From Octopus vulgaris (lineage: Eukaryota): a DNA stretch of 64,000 bases. Position 1 is the first letter of the stretch; each line of letters begins with the position of its first letter. The notes beneath the pieces are model-generated. The model was not told where the DNA came from and made no database searches. It worked only from the letters and a program-made list of their open reading frames with translations. The DNA lies in assembly GCA_951406725.2 (NCBI GenBank), contig OX597826.1, forward strand, positions 22,940,001 to 23,004,000, given 5' to 3'. Of the stretch, positions 43,295 through 61,062 are shown piece after piece. The position numbers and the translations under genes were made by a program.

Positions 43295-44598
43295 TTGTAG
43301 ATGGTCGAGTCATACTTCAGCATTGCTTCGTTAGGAATAAATCATAACACTAAATTATATTTTTAGCTTTTAAATTAACGCAAAAAGATACTTGTCCCCC
43401 TTTTTTTTCTTACTTTAGGGTCTGGTGAAAGGTTATTCTTGGAAACACTTTTCCAATAGGGACATTACTTAGTGGAAAATTTTAAATTATCAATATATAT
43501 TCTCACGAATCTGACAATCCGGGTTCATCAGCTGCGACTTTTAACTGCTGTTTCTTTACATCATATTTCTGACTCACAAAGAGAAACTTTTACAAGAAAT
43601 ATACTTTCCCAATCGAGTACTAACAGTTTGCTCAACAAGTTATCGATTTCTCCGATTTTAAATTGATCAACCAAAGTTAAAAGAAGGGCACAAAAGATGG
43701 ATAAGTACGATGGAAGCAAACTCTCATAAAAAAATTCTTATAAGGGTTTCAATATTTCTCAGTCCACTAAGGCGGCAGGCTGGCAGAGTCGTTAGCACAC
43801 CTGTCAAATTGCTAAGCCGCATTTCGTCCGTGTTCGTGTTCAAACTCTACCAAAGTCGACTTTACCTTTCATGGTCGATAAAATAAGTATCGGTTGAACG
43901 CTGGAATCGATGTAATTTGATTTACCTCCTCCCCCGAAATTTCTGGTCTTGTGCCAAAATTTGAAACCAGTATTTTTAGGAACACTGTGGAGGAGTTCTT
44001 TGCATATCCGTTAATCTCGTACACCTTTTTTTGAACAGTGTCTCGTAGTTCTTGAGAAATTTGTTTTGACGAAATTTTACTGATTAGAGAACTCATATTC
44101 AAATTCTTTTTTTTTTCTTTTTTCACAGGAATTTCGAGAGAGGTCTCAAACTTTGACACAAGGCCAGCAATTTTGTGGGGAGGGCACTCAACTATTTATT
44201 TTACCGATCCGGAAAGGACGAAAAGCAAAGTCGACCGCAGCAGGATTTGAACTCAGAACATAAACACGGACAAAACGTCACTAAGCAGATCTCATATATA
44301 TTTAAATAAATTTCATTAGTATTATATGAGTGTTACATAGCGTGTAATTCCATTGCCGCAGTTAAACTATACCGTTTGAAAATGTAATTATAACACATCT
44401 AGCTGTCCAAGAATTCTTTTTATGCTGGTATTTGCCGTTAGCCATCTTATGATTGAACAGCGGCGCATTGTTCTTCACCGTCGTTCATTAATTTTTCATA
44501 TTTTTCTGTGAGGTTCTTTTCGTAACGGTCATCTGTGGAACCAGTAGTAAGTTTCTCTTGACAAATAATCTATGTAAGAAAGAAATCTTTCACTAAAT

Positions 44599-44728
<130 letters not shown>

Positions 44729-44987
44729 TGAGTAAGGGAAAACCCATTTCATGAGAATCAAGTATAGATGATCTCATTTCTTTAAAGCACAGAGAGAATT
44801 ATTAATCCTACACGGGTTTGAAACTTCGTCTGTTTCACCGGCAAAAAGTTTTTAATATTAATTCCCACATCACTCAAGAACTTTTTCACGACTTGATGCA
44901 ACACTTCAGCAATGGATTTCTAACCGGAATTAGCCTTTAAAGCAGTGACACAGTTTTATTTTGTCATTTATCTCAATATCTAACAAA

Positions 44988-45043
<56 letters not shown>

Positions 45044-45590
45044 AATTCTTTTCACACGTGATACCAATGGCTACATCCAAATTCAAGGAGAATTTACAAT
45101 TGTATATGTCTCCAATATTTACGTTCTGTACAGCTGGAGCAATAACATTTTTTTATGTGTCGAGCAATTTGCTATGTGCTGTTTCAAATCAACTACAACG
45201 GATGGATAAAGGAATTCCTTTATTAATAGGTTCTCTTAAATGATCGAAGCTACAAGCTACAAATAATAAAATGTAGTTCTAATTTTGTTATTCAGCTATT
45301 GGGAGGGAAAAACATACTTCTATAAATTGTTGTAAATTTGAATTTATTTCTGCCCTATTTTTATTACGTTAGTTGAAACCAGCTTTGTTAAATCGGTTTT
45401 GCCAACTCGTATTTCAACAATATACAATTTACAAGAAGCTTTAGTGCGATCTTGTATATATTTTCTCTCAACCAATTTCAAAACTGTGTGTCATTCAGGA
45501 ATTTCGGGACTTTTCATCGTACAATCGCCAATTTGTAAATTAGTGCAGTTCTGAAATAATTGCAAAATCGAGATGATGACAGCCATTCTG

Positions 45591-45689
45591 AGAAATGACC
45601 CCCGCGAGATGGAATGGCTGCTGCAGCGAGTATCGTTGGCCATTCTCCACGGCAACGCCAACGTGGGCATTACTGCGGGGCGCGGCTAA
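45591..45689 (+). pseudogene. CRE-clade LINE extreme C-terminal remnant
   Basis: RNDPREMEWLLQRVSLAILHGNA...* matches the DPRE..L.QR.S.A..RGNA terminal motif of CRE elements. Confidence 0.6.
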
Positions 45690-45831
45690 GCACGCTATTT
45701 GTCCCAGAGTGTGTGACTCATCGTCCTCTCCCGCTCCATCTTCTGCTGCTTTAGCTCCCAGTGTTTTTTTTTTTTTCGTTAATTTCCTTTTTGATCTTTC
45801 CTTTTTTTTCCGTTCCTTTATATTTCAATTT

Positions 45832-47600
<1,769 letters not shown>

Positions 47601-47601
47601 A

Positions 47602-49182
<1,581 letters not shown>

Positions 49183-49271
49183 ATATATAAATATATGTAT
49201 ATATAAATATATGTATATATATATATGTATATATATATATGTGTATATATATATGTATATATATATATGTG

Positions 49272-49302
<31 letters not shown>

Positions 49303-49371
49303 GTGTATATATATATGTATATATATATGTGTATATATATATGTATATATATATATGTATATATATATATG

Positions 49372-49559
<188 letters not shown>

Positions 49560-49570
49560 GTATATATATG

Positions 49571-49604
<34 letters not shown>

Positions 49605-49611
49605 TATATGT

Positions 49612-49655
<44 letters not shown>

Positions 49656-49696
49656 GTATATATATATGTATATATGTGTATATATATGTATATATG

Positions 49697-49767
<71 letters not shown>

Positions 49768-49772
<5 letters not shown>

Positions 49773-50831
49773 CCTGCGGAACACCGCCCACTATTTGCGT
49801 GTTAATGGAAGTGGCCCCATTGGCTACTACCACCTGACTTCTATCTTTCAGAAAGTCATGAAGCCATTCTCCCAGTTTTCCAACTATGTTCAGATCACGC
49901 AGTTTGTGACATATCATTCCATGATCGACTTTATCAAAGGCCTTTGCAAAGTCGAGATATATCACTTCCACATTTGAGTGGTTGACCAGTTGTTTCAGCA
50001 CCCAGTCATAGTGTTGTAGGAGCTGAGTTAAACAGCTTCTCCCTGGTCGGAAACCATGTTGGGTGTCGGGCAGCAAGTCATTTTCTTCAAGGAAGGTGAT
50101 TAGTTTCCTTCTGACTATTCGTTCCATGAACTTGCTGATGTGTGAGGTCAGAGAGATAGGTCTGTAGTTCTTGGCCTCCGCTCTGCTACCTCCTTTATGA
50201 ATGGGGCATATTTTACCTTCCTTCAGTTTTCTTGGAAATTTGCCAGCTGCTAGGAAGCTCTGAAAGAGGAACTGCAGTGGTCTTGCTAGGACTCTCTTAC
50301 ATACTTTTAGGAGGATTGCTGGGAATCCATCGGGGCCATTTGCTGAGTCTGTTTTCATTTCATCTATAGCCTTTATTACATCGTTTTCCTTTATATCGAT
50401 GTAATCTATCGTCGCCGCCTCTGATTTTATATCTGCAGTGGTAAAGAAGTCAGTTGGATTGGTGATTTGGAAATGCCCAAGGGGAGGAGTGAAAACACTC
50501 TTGAATTGCTCATTCAGTATTTCACTTACCCTCATTGGTTTTCCTGTAAGTGTGCCATCCTTTTCAAGGAGTGGCCCTATCCGACAGTGAACCGTAGCTG
50601 TTTCTTTGGCATACCTGTAGAAGGCTCTGGGGTGAGATTTTATGTTGTCTATAGCCCAGGCTTCTTTGTCTGCTCTTTCCTTTTCATGGGAGAGTTGCAG
50701 ACATTTTTCAATTTCCAACAGTTTTATTTTCAGGCGGGACTTTTCACTGCTTTCAATCTGTTTGTTTAGGCGATTTGAAATTTTTGTACGCCGTCTCATT
50801 AAAATTTTCCTCTCTCTGGGGATTTTGTTCT

Positions 50832-50837
<6 letters not shown>
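49768..50837 (-). mobile_element. Internal fragment of the 10321-13192 LINE family
   Basis: Closely similar to ~11397-12466; open frame HKNKIPRE...GGVPQGT. Confidence 0.95.
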
Positions 50838-50875
<38 letters not shown>

Positions 50876-51795
50876 CCGTAGTAAACACATAAATGTGAAA
50901 CAAGGTGGAAAAAAGAGTACTCAAATACCAGTGGTAGAGTAATATGCTTTATTTTAAGCAGCAGAAAATTCAACAAAATCTGTTACTCTGAGTTTCTCGT
51001 TGCCGTTCATCAGACAGTTTTTGCTAGAATGGAACCGATATATCAATTCAATCTAGACTCTTACAAACGCTACACCTTTAAAAAGAAATGGACTTGTTTG
51101 ATTGGCCCTTTAGAAAAAACGGTCAATCTTCGAGCGATAAACAAAAAGGTCAAAAATATATGTATATATATATAAAAACTTATAAAAATTATAAAATCCG
51201 AGGAAAAAAACCTTACATTGAATAAAATACATATTGACGTTAATGAAGAAAGTATAAATTAATGCATAGAAATTAAACCTGTTATAAATATTACGCTGCA
51301 ATACATATTTATATTAAAATGTACATATATATATCAACATACACAGAAGGATGCGTGCAAAAGCCATACATATACAGACGTATAAATATAAATCTAAATA
51401 TATACATAAATGCATGCGTACATATATTCACGCAAACCATCTCACACGCAAGTTAAAAACATCTATGTAGCGATTCTCATATACTGAGTAAGGGGGGGCG
51501 AAAAAAAGGAAGAGAGAGAAAAAGGAACTAAGGAGGGGTGGGGAAAAAACGAAATAAGAAAACTTTATGTATACAAGCTGTGTAACGACATTATTGACAT
51601 ATATGGAGACAAGTATACAGATACACAAGTTCGAATGGATACATATACATACAGTCGTGTCTATGTGTGCTTAAGCACAAACATACGTTCACTTACACAT
51701 ACACAGATACGCATGCTTACAAATACATATCCATGGCTATACACATACTTATATAAAAATTCTAATTTTTGACAACATAGCTTATTTTTATAAAA
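50876..51795 (-). mobile_element. Family D HHR element, single arm
   Basis: Homologous to 26426-27372; HHR at 50975-51022(-). Confidence 0.9.
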
Positions 51796-52086
51796 ACATT
51801 GCTATATGTATATATATATATATGTATATATATGTATGTATATATATATATGTATATATATATGTATATATATATGTATATATATATGTATATATATATA
51901 TGTATATATATATGTATATATATATATGTATATATATATATGTATATATATATGTATATATATATATATGTATATATATATGTGTATATATATATATATG
52001 TATATATATATATGTATATATATATATATGTATATATATATGTATATATATATATGTATATATATATATACGTATATATATATAAG

Positions 52087-52129
<43 letters not shown>

Positions 52130-52219
52130 GTATATATATATATGTATATATATATATGTATATATATGTATATATATATATGTATATATATATATATTAT
52201 ATATATATATATGTATATA

Positions 52220-52264
<45 letters not shown>

Positions 52265-52289
52265 ATATATATGTATGTATATATATATG

Positions 52290-52320
<31 letters not shown>

Positions 52321-53018
52321 GTATGTATATATATATGTATATATATATATGCATATATATATATATATGTATATATACAAAATTAGAGAATGGAGAAACA
52401 TACTTAAATCAGTAAAACATCAACTATCCGATGATACTCAATCCATACTTTAATACACCATTACATATGAGTAAAGGCAATATATAAAATGAAATGAGAT
52501 ATAAAGTAATAGTAAAAAGATAAAGAGATATAAGTAAAAAATTTCAAATATAATATGCAAATAAATCAAAACTGACAGCTGTTTCGGCAGTGAGGACAGT
52601 CATACCTCATTTAACCTATAATCCAAAAGGCAGGTATAAATGAGGCATTAACAAGGATGCCCCACGGCCTCTTCAGAGAATTAAATTAAATTTGTTATAA
52701 TAGTGAAAAATATTATATAATCATATACATATAAATATAAAAATATAAAAATGTAAAATATAAAAACTTATACATCATAATGATACACTTATATAATATA
52801 ATACACATTTGTACAAAAAGGAAGGTAAACAGAACAAAATAAAACAAAATATATAACAGTGTATATATTAATATTAATAAGTACCGATATTATACATATT
52901 TGGCTAATAGTTTTTTTTATAAAAAAAAAGGCTAACACATATGGAGATGAAAAATAATAATTAAATCCGTGGTACAGTTCATAAAATTCTAAAGCTATAA
53001 AAGTTAATAAAAATTACT

Positions 53019-53121
<103 letters not shown>

Positions 53122-54832
53122 TAATAAAATAGATACAGTTAAGTTAGCACCAAGTCCATCCTTTCAAGATCGAAATAACTATGAGTTAAGAAATGCTGAC
53201 CACTAGGTAAAGAAAATTTAGATTAATTCGATTGGCTATTGGTTTGAAATTTAAATCACAAAAGAAAATTATACGGTTGGTTAGTCAGGGAACGCCAATA
53301 TTCACACACGCATCTACAGATCAATCGCACATACACACATAGTTATATGTATATACATACACTTATACACATACATAATCACAAGCAACAACTAGCACTT
53401 AGATAAACAAAAAGGGAAGCAACTATGCTAACATTTAGTCCTTCAAAATTATAACTGAGCCTCAATAACAAAAAAAGAACCATCCATGCATTCTATAAAA
53501 TATTTAATTTAGATATAAATAAATATTTTTAAATATCAGTATGTTACTAATTCAGATAATTATTTCATGGGTAACTTAAAATTTATAACACCGGTTTGTT
53601 GCAGAGTAAACATACGGTTGTTAGGTTTATCGTAAGTTTGTTATGATTTTAAGTACGCTAAATTATAAAATATAAAATATAAAATATATATTAATTTAAA
53701 TATTATAAATAAGTCACTTATTAACTTAATAAATATAGTGCCATAATATACCAGTTTAGGCATTAAAGAATAGAAGGGGAAGTATTAATGTAAACGCTTA
53801 TGAGAACATCACAGAAATTTTAAATAAATTTTATATTATAAAGACTTAAGATGAAAAGAGATAAAATAAATAAGAAGGAATAAATACGAAGGAATAAATA
53901 CGGTTATACACATAATTATAAGTACAAACTAGTATATATGTATTCATATATTATTAAAATTAAATAAAAATAAATGATAGATATGTATGTATAAAACTAC
54001 ACCAGTATAAGTAAATAAGTAAAAAATAAATAGGTAACAAATTAGATGACTTGATATGTATGTAAACATCTACACTTAAATAGGCAAATAAATAAATAAA
54101 TAGAAGACTAGATGCAAAGATTGATAATATTACAATAAAATGGAAAATAAATAAAAATAAATAAAGTGAATATATATGTTATATTGTTGAAAGTAAATAT
54201 GTATGGAAGGATAGTTTAAAGTACAGATCCAGAGGACTATAGATATAAACTAAATATATGAGGCTGGTAATAATTATAAAGCAAAATGCATGTAAATGAG
54301 AAAATGAAAAAAATGAAAAAGGTTTATCAGTGAATAGCATAAGATACAAATTAAGGTGAGTACAAAAAGACCAAATATATAATAAAAACCTTCCAAATAA
54401 ACACATACAAAAAACCTATAATCTCAACCTAAACCCACCAAACTCACAAAAGGCTCTCATATATTACATATTATACAATATCATTACATTATCCAGAGCT
54501 AGGTATCTAACCAAGATATACATATATACTATGCAATATACTATGCAATATTGGAAAACTTCAAAAATCACACATTACAAGGCAAATACCAAAATGAATA
54601 TGTTATTTTATGTCATATTGCATTTCTCTTAAAAAAACAAACAAAAACCCACATACAAAAACCAAGAAACCAATAATACTAGACACATCCATTAATTATT
54701 ATACAAATGTAGCTATAAAAATTATAAAATTATGAAATTTATAAATTGTATACTTTAGAATTATAGAAGACCACAGGTATATTTAGTTAAAGAAGGGAAT
54801 TAAAAAATTAATAATAGTGGAAGTGCTAAGTT

Positions 54833-55372
54833 CTATTTGAATCTAGAAAAGGTGAACGGTAGCCTATGAATACAAAAGAAGTTTTTCTCATTAATGTTGT
54901 TAATAATTTGCCGACCCGCTTTAATAATGAAGAAAATTTCATTAATACATAGAGAGCATTTTTTATTTTTTCCATTATACACAGGTGCTGAAGTTAGTAT
55001 TTTCCAGTTTAATCTAAAATCTAAGTTCTTACTTTTAAGTTCCCAAATGTATGCACTTAGCCCTGTAGAGTACATTCTATTTTTATTCCTAAAAGTATAT
55101 CTGTGATAATTCCATCTTTGTTTTATGCTATTCATAGTTGCCCCGATATACACCCTACTACTCAATTGTGTATCTACAGTGCATTGGTAAACTACCTCCT
55201 TCCTGAGGCATTGATTACCAAATACACATTTATTTTTATTTCTGCAATTACAAAGATTAACAGAATGAGGAAATCTAAGATTGGACACCACCCCTATACT
55301 ACTATTCACATTATAAGTGTTACAATTGTTATCATCATCCAAACCCAAAATCAACGAATGAGTTAATTTCAC
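54833..55372 (-). CDS. PLE GIY-YIG endonuclease C-terminal fragment (5'-truncated)
   Basis: CNCRNKNKCVFGNQCLRKEVVYQCTV...VYIGAT...KQRWNYHRYTF...LSAYIWELK...WKIL...CSLCINE. Confidence 0.9.
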   Translation of the reverse strand: MKLTHSLILGLDDDNNCNTYNVNSSIGVVSNLRFPHSVNLCNCRNKNKCVFGNQCLRKEVVYQCTVDTQLSSRVYIGATMNSIKQRWNYHRYTFRNKNRMYSTGLSAYIWELKSKNLDFRLNWKILTSAPVYNGKNKKCSLCINEIFFIIKAGRQIINNINEKNFFCIHRLPFTFSRFK

Positions 55373-56722
55373 ATTATCGGCTATATTCCTATCACTAGTA
55401 CTAGTATTGGTAGTAGTAGTATGATCTATTACATTTATATTATCTCTGACAGGTATGGTGCACTCATTATTAGTAAGGAGGTTGTTCCCATCTTAATTTG
55501 TATCTTATGCTATTCACTGATAAACCTTTTTCATTTTTTTCATTTTCTCATTTACATGCATTTTGCTTTATAATTATTACCAGCCTCATATATTTAGTTT
55601 ATATCTATAGTCCTCTGGATCTGTACTTTAAACTATCCTTCCATACATATTTACTTTCAACAATATAACATATATATTCACTTTATTTATTTTTATTTAT
55701 TTTCCATTTTATTGTAATATTATCAATCTTTGCATCTAGTCTTCTATTTATTTATTTATTTGCCTATTTAAGTGTAGATGTTTACATACATATCAAGTCA
55801 TCTAATTTGTTACCTATTTATTTTTACTTATTTACTTATACTGGTGTAGTTTTATACATACATATCTATCATTTATTTTTATTTAATTTTAATAATATAT
55901 GAATACATATATACTAGTTTGTACTTATAATTATGTGTATAACCGTATTTATTCCTTCGTATTTATTCCTTCTTATTTATTTTATCTCTTTTCATCTTAA
56001 GTCTTTATAATATAAAATTTATTTAAAATTTCTGTGATGTTCTCATAAGCGTTTACATTAATACTTCCCCTTCTATTCTTTAATGCCTAAACTGGTATAT
56101 TATGGCACTATATTTATTAAGTTAATAAGTGACTTATTTATAATATTTAAATTAATATATATTTTATATTTTATATTTTATAATTTAGCGTACTTAAAAT
56201 CATAACAAACTTACGATAAACCTAACAACCGTATGTTTACTCTGCAACAAACCGGTGTTATAAATTTTAAGTTACCCATGAAATAATTATCTGAATTAGT
56301 AACATACTGATATTTAAAAATATATTTATATCTATATTAAATATTTTATAGAATGCATGGATGGTTCTTTTTTTGTTATTGAGGCTCAGTTATAATTTTG
56401 AAGGACTAAATGTTAGCATAGTTGCTTCCTTTTTGTTTATCTAAGTGCTAGTTGTTGCTTGTGATTATGTATGTGTATAAGTGTATGTATATACATATAA
56501 CTATGTGTGTATGTGCGATTGATCTGTAGATGCGTGTGTGAATATTGGCGTTCCCTGACTAACCAACCGTATAATTTTCTTTTGTGATTTAAATTTCAAA
56601 CCAATAGCCAATCGAATTAATCTAAATTTTCTTTACCTAGTGGTCAGCATTTCTTAACTCATAGTTATTTCGATCTTGAAAGGATGGACTTGGTGCTAAC
56701 TTAACTGTATCTATTTTTATTA

Positions 56723-56792
<70 letters not shown>

Positions 56793-57128
56793 AGTAATTT
56801 TTATTAACTTTTATAGCTTTAGAATTTTATGAACTGTACCACGGATTTAATTATTATTTTTCATCTCCATATGTGTTAGCCTTTTTTTTTATAAAAAAAA
56901 CTATTAGCCAAATATGTATAATATCGGTACTTATTAATATTAATATATACACTGTTATATATTTTGTTTTATTTTGTTCTGTTTACCTTCCTTTTTGTAC
57001 AAATGTGTATTATATTATATAAGTGTAGCATTATGATGTATAAGTTTTTATATTTTACATTTTTATATTTTTATATTTATATGTATATGATTATATAATA
57101 TTTTTCACTATTATAACAAATTTAATTT

Positions 57129-57244
57129 AATTCTCTGAAGAGGCCGTGGGGCATCCTTGTTAATGCCTCATTTATACCTGCCTTTTTGGATTATAGGTTA
57201 AATGAGGTATGACTGTCCTCACTGCCGAAACAGCTGTCAGTTTT
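57129..57244 (+). ncRNA. Type I hammerhead with long stem II (mirror copy 52568-52682, minus strand)
   Basis: CT CTGAAGA GGC..GTGGGG...TGCCTCATTTA...TAAATGAGGTA...CCTCAC.GCC GAAA CAGCTG TC AG. Confidence 0.75.
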
Positions 57245-57654
57245 GATTTATTTGCATATTATATTTGAAATTTTTTACTTATATCTCTTTATCTTTTTAC
57301 TATTACTTTATATCTCATTTCATTTTATATATTGCCTTTACTCATATGTAATGGTGTATTAAAGTATGGATTGAGTATCATCGGATAGTTGATGTTTTAC
57401 TGATTTAAGTATGTTTCTCCATTCTCTAATTTTGTAGTATTAATTTACGGTAATATTATTACCTTTACCCATTTAATACAATAGATGAACTGATTGCTTG
57501 ACAATTTTTAACATCTATGTATTAATTTTGTTGGGTACCTATCTAGCAGTATATTGGATATATATTATCCCATGGTGGGTTGAATTTTCAACCCCTATCT
57601 CATTTTATAATATATGTATATATATATATGTATATATATATGTATATATATATG

Positions 57655-57700
<46 letters not shown>

Positions 57701-57819
57701 CATGTATATATATATATACATGTATATATATACATGCATATATATATACATACATATATATATACATATATATATATACATATATATATACATATATATA
57801 TATACATATATATATATAC

Positions 57820-57870
<51 letters not shown>

Positions 57871-57881
57871 TATATACATAC

Positions 57882-57912
<31 letters not shown>

Positions 57913-58013
57913 CATATATATATATACATATATATATATACACATATATATATATACATTTATATATATATACATATATATATATACACATATATATATA
58001 TACACATATATAT

Positions 58014-60517
58014 ATCCTTAAATCCTTAAAAATTTTCTAGCCCGAAGGCCGCGGCCATGCTGGGGCACCACCGCTGAATGAGCTACACTATTGTGTGGTA
58101 ACCAAAGTTGGGAGCAGTAGTCCAAGCGGCTGAGGACAAATGTTTTCCATAGGACCATCAGTGTCTCCTTCTCTTTTGTTCTGAAAGTTCGGAGAATCCA
58201 TCCAGCTAGCCGTCTGCATTTTATCACCAGATTAGCAATATGCATTTGGAAAGATGCATCATTGCTCATGTCAATGCCCAGGTCACGCACTGATTTTGAC
58301 TCAGGGATTGCAATTCTTCCTGGGCCAGTGTATCCAGTCTTCACGTCATTTACCTTTGTGTGCCAGTAGCACAGGGCCTGGAACTTACCTGCATTAAACT
58401 GCATGTTGTTGTCCTCAGCCCACCTGTATATTGTGTCCAGCTCATGTTGCAGATGCGCAATATTTTCAGGGTTTTGTATTGCGTGGGAGACTTTTGTGTC
58501 ATCTGCATAGCTAGCAAGGGTGGTCATCGTAGCAACTGAAGGCATGTCTGAAAGGGCCACTATGAACATCAGTGGCCCCAAGACAGTGCCCTGTGGGACA
58601 CCGCTTGTTATTTGCGTTTCCTTGGAGGTGGCTCCATTGCTCACAACTGCCTGTTTTCTGTCTTTTAGGAAGTTGTGCAGCCACTCTCCAAGTTTCCCGC
58701 CTATGCCGAGACCACGCAGTTTGTGACAGATGATACCATGGTCGACTTTATCAAAGGCTTTTGCAAAGTCAAGATATATTACATCCACATTTGAGCCATT
58801 TAGTAGCTGTTTCAACACCCAGTCATAGTGTTGCAGGAGCTGTGTTAGGCAGCCTCTACCTGGTCGAAATCCATGCTGGGTGTCAGACAGTAAGTCATTT
58901 TCTTCAAGGAACATGATTAGTTTCTTACGGACTATTCGTTCCATGACTTTGCTGATGTGTGAGGTCAGAGAGATAGGCCTATAATTTTTAGCATCTGCTC
59001 TGCTACCTCCTTTATGGATAGGGCATATTACCCCCTCTTTCAGTTTGACTGGGAGCTTACCACTTGCAAGAAAGCTCTGAAAAAGAAGCTGTAGCGGTTT
59101 TGCAAGGGCTCGTTTGCACGATTTGAGAAGGATCGCTGGGAATCCATCAGGTCCAGCAGCTGAGTTTGTGTCAATCTCATCAATGGCTAGTGTGATATCA
59201 TCATCTTCGATGTTGATGTACTCAATTTTTGTCTCTTTGGCCGCTGGTAAAGTGGCAAATAATTCTTCTGGGTTGTTTACTTGCCTGTGTCCTAGGGGTG
59301 TAGTGAACACACTTTGGAACTGTTCGTTCAGTATTTCACTTATCCTCGTGGGATTTCCTGTGAGAGAGCCATCTTTTTGGAAGAGAGGTCCTATTCTCTG
59401 GTGCACTGTGGCTGTCTCTTTGGCAAACTTAAAGAAAGCTTTAGGGATTGATTTTATATTTTCTATTACCCAAGCTTCTTTATCTGCTCTCTCCTTCTCA
59501 TGGGACTGATGTAGACTTTTCTCAGTTTCCATTAGCATTCTTTCGAGCCGAGACTTCTCACCACTTTTGTTGTGCTTGCTCAGGCGGTTTGCAATCCTTG
59601 TCCGTCGTCTCATAAGAATCCTCCTTTCTCTAGGGATCCTGTTTTTGTTCTTGTGTGTGCTGGCCCTGCACATTGGGACATATTTGTCACATATGGCTTG
59701 TATTATGGACATGAAGTGTTTGTGTTTCATGTTTATGTCCGGTGTGGAGAGACATTCAGGCCAATCCTGTTTGAGGATCTCTTTCTCAATCGACTTCCAG
59801 TTGGCTTTATGAAAGTTTAAGTTGGAGAGATGGTGGGTGCTTCGTATAGGCTGTGTGTCTGCGAGGGCTTTTGTTCCATACATAGACAGCTCTATTATGT
59901 TGTGATCCGAGATCATTGTCGGCATCACATTAACATTATGGATAATATCCATATTGTTTGTGAAGCAGAGATCCAGTATATTATCTGCCCTTGTTGGTTG
60001 CAGAACTATTTGCTCCATGAAAGAGGCATTTGTGAGATGGAGCAGGGACTCCACCTGTGCCTGCTGATGGTGTGTCATCCCTGGGAGCATCTGCCCCCCA
60101 GGCCATTCCACATTGGGGAGGTTAAAGTCACCCATGAAGAATACACTGTTGTGCTGTTCAAGGTTGGTGAGGACTTCTCCTATTTTTGTTAGGCAGTCTT
60201 CAAACATGCCTGAGTGTTTTGGGGCATCTGGTGGGCGATATGTAGTGCATATGACGATATTCAGTTGTCTTATGTGTACAATTTGAGTTTCACATACTGA
60301 GTTTGAATATGACAGCAGGACCTGGGGCGTGAGGTCATCTCGGATGTACATTGCAACTCCACCATGGCTCCTCCCTTTTCTATCTGTGCGTATGACTGCA
60401 TATTGCGGCATGTGTATTTCTGCATCACCTATATCGGGTTCAAGATGCGTTTCTGTGAGTGCCATGCATATAGCTTGATTGCATGTCACAAGGTCTCTCA
60501 GGAATGAAATTTTCTTA
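58014..60517 (-). mobile_element. 5'-truncated CR1-group LINE, 823-aa APE-RT frame with a 3' internal deletion
   Basis: LTETHL, YRPP, GDFNLP, ISDH, YADD. Jumps from WLPHNSV into the 3' UTR; (TTAAGGAT) tail. Confidence 0.95.
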
Positions 60518-60525
60518 TATATATA

Positions 60526-60602
<77 letters not shown>

Positions 60603-60614
60603 ATATGTATGTAT

Positions 60615-60743
<129 letters not shown>

Positions 60744-61062
60744 ATGTATGTATATATATATGGACGTCTATTTGTTTCTCTCCCAAGTCAGTAGCAAGCT
60801 ACACAGCTTCAAAACTAACTGACCTTAAATATATATATATTTGTAACCACGTGTTTGCCTACAAACCCGTAAGTACGTTTTCATTTAACTACAAATTGTT
60901 ATATACACCTGTTTTTCTTTTAATATCCTCAAACAACCAAATAATCAAAAACTCACACCCTTAAGAGAGAACATTTATATATATATACACTTCTTTAACT
61001 CCCAAGAAAGAATATATATATTTTCAAAAATCAAAAGGAAAACAAACAAAAGAAAAACAAAC

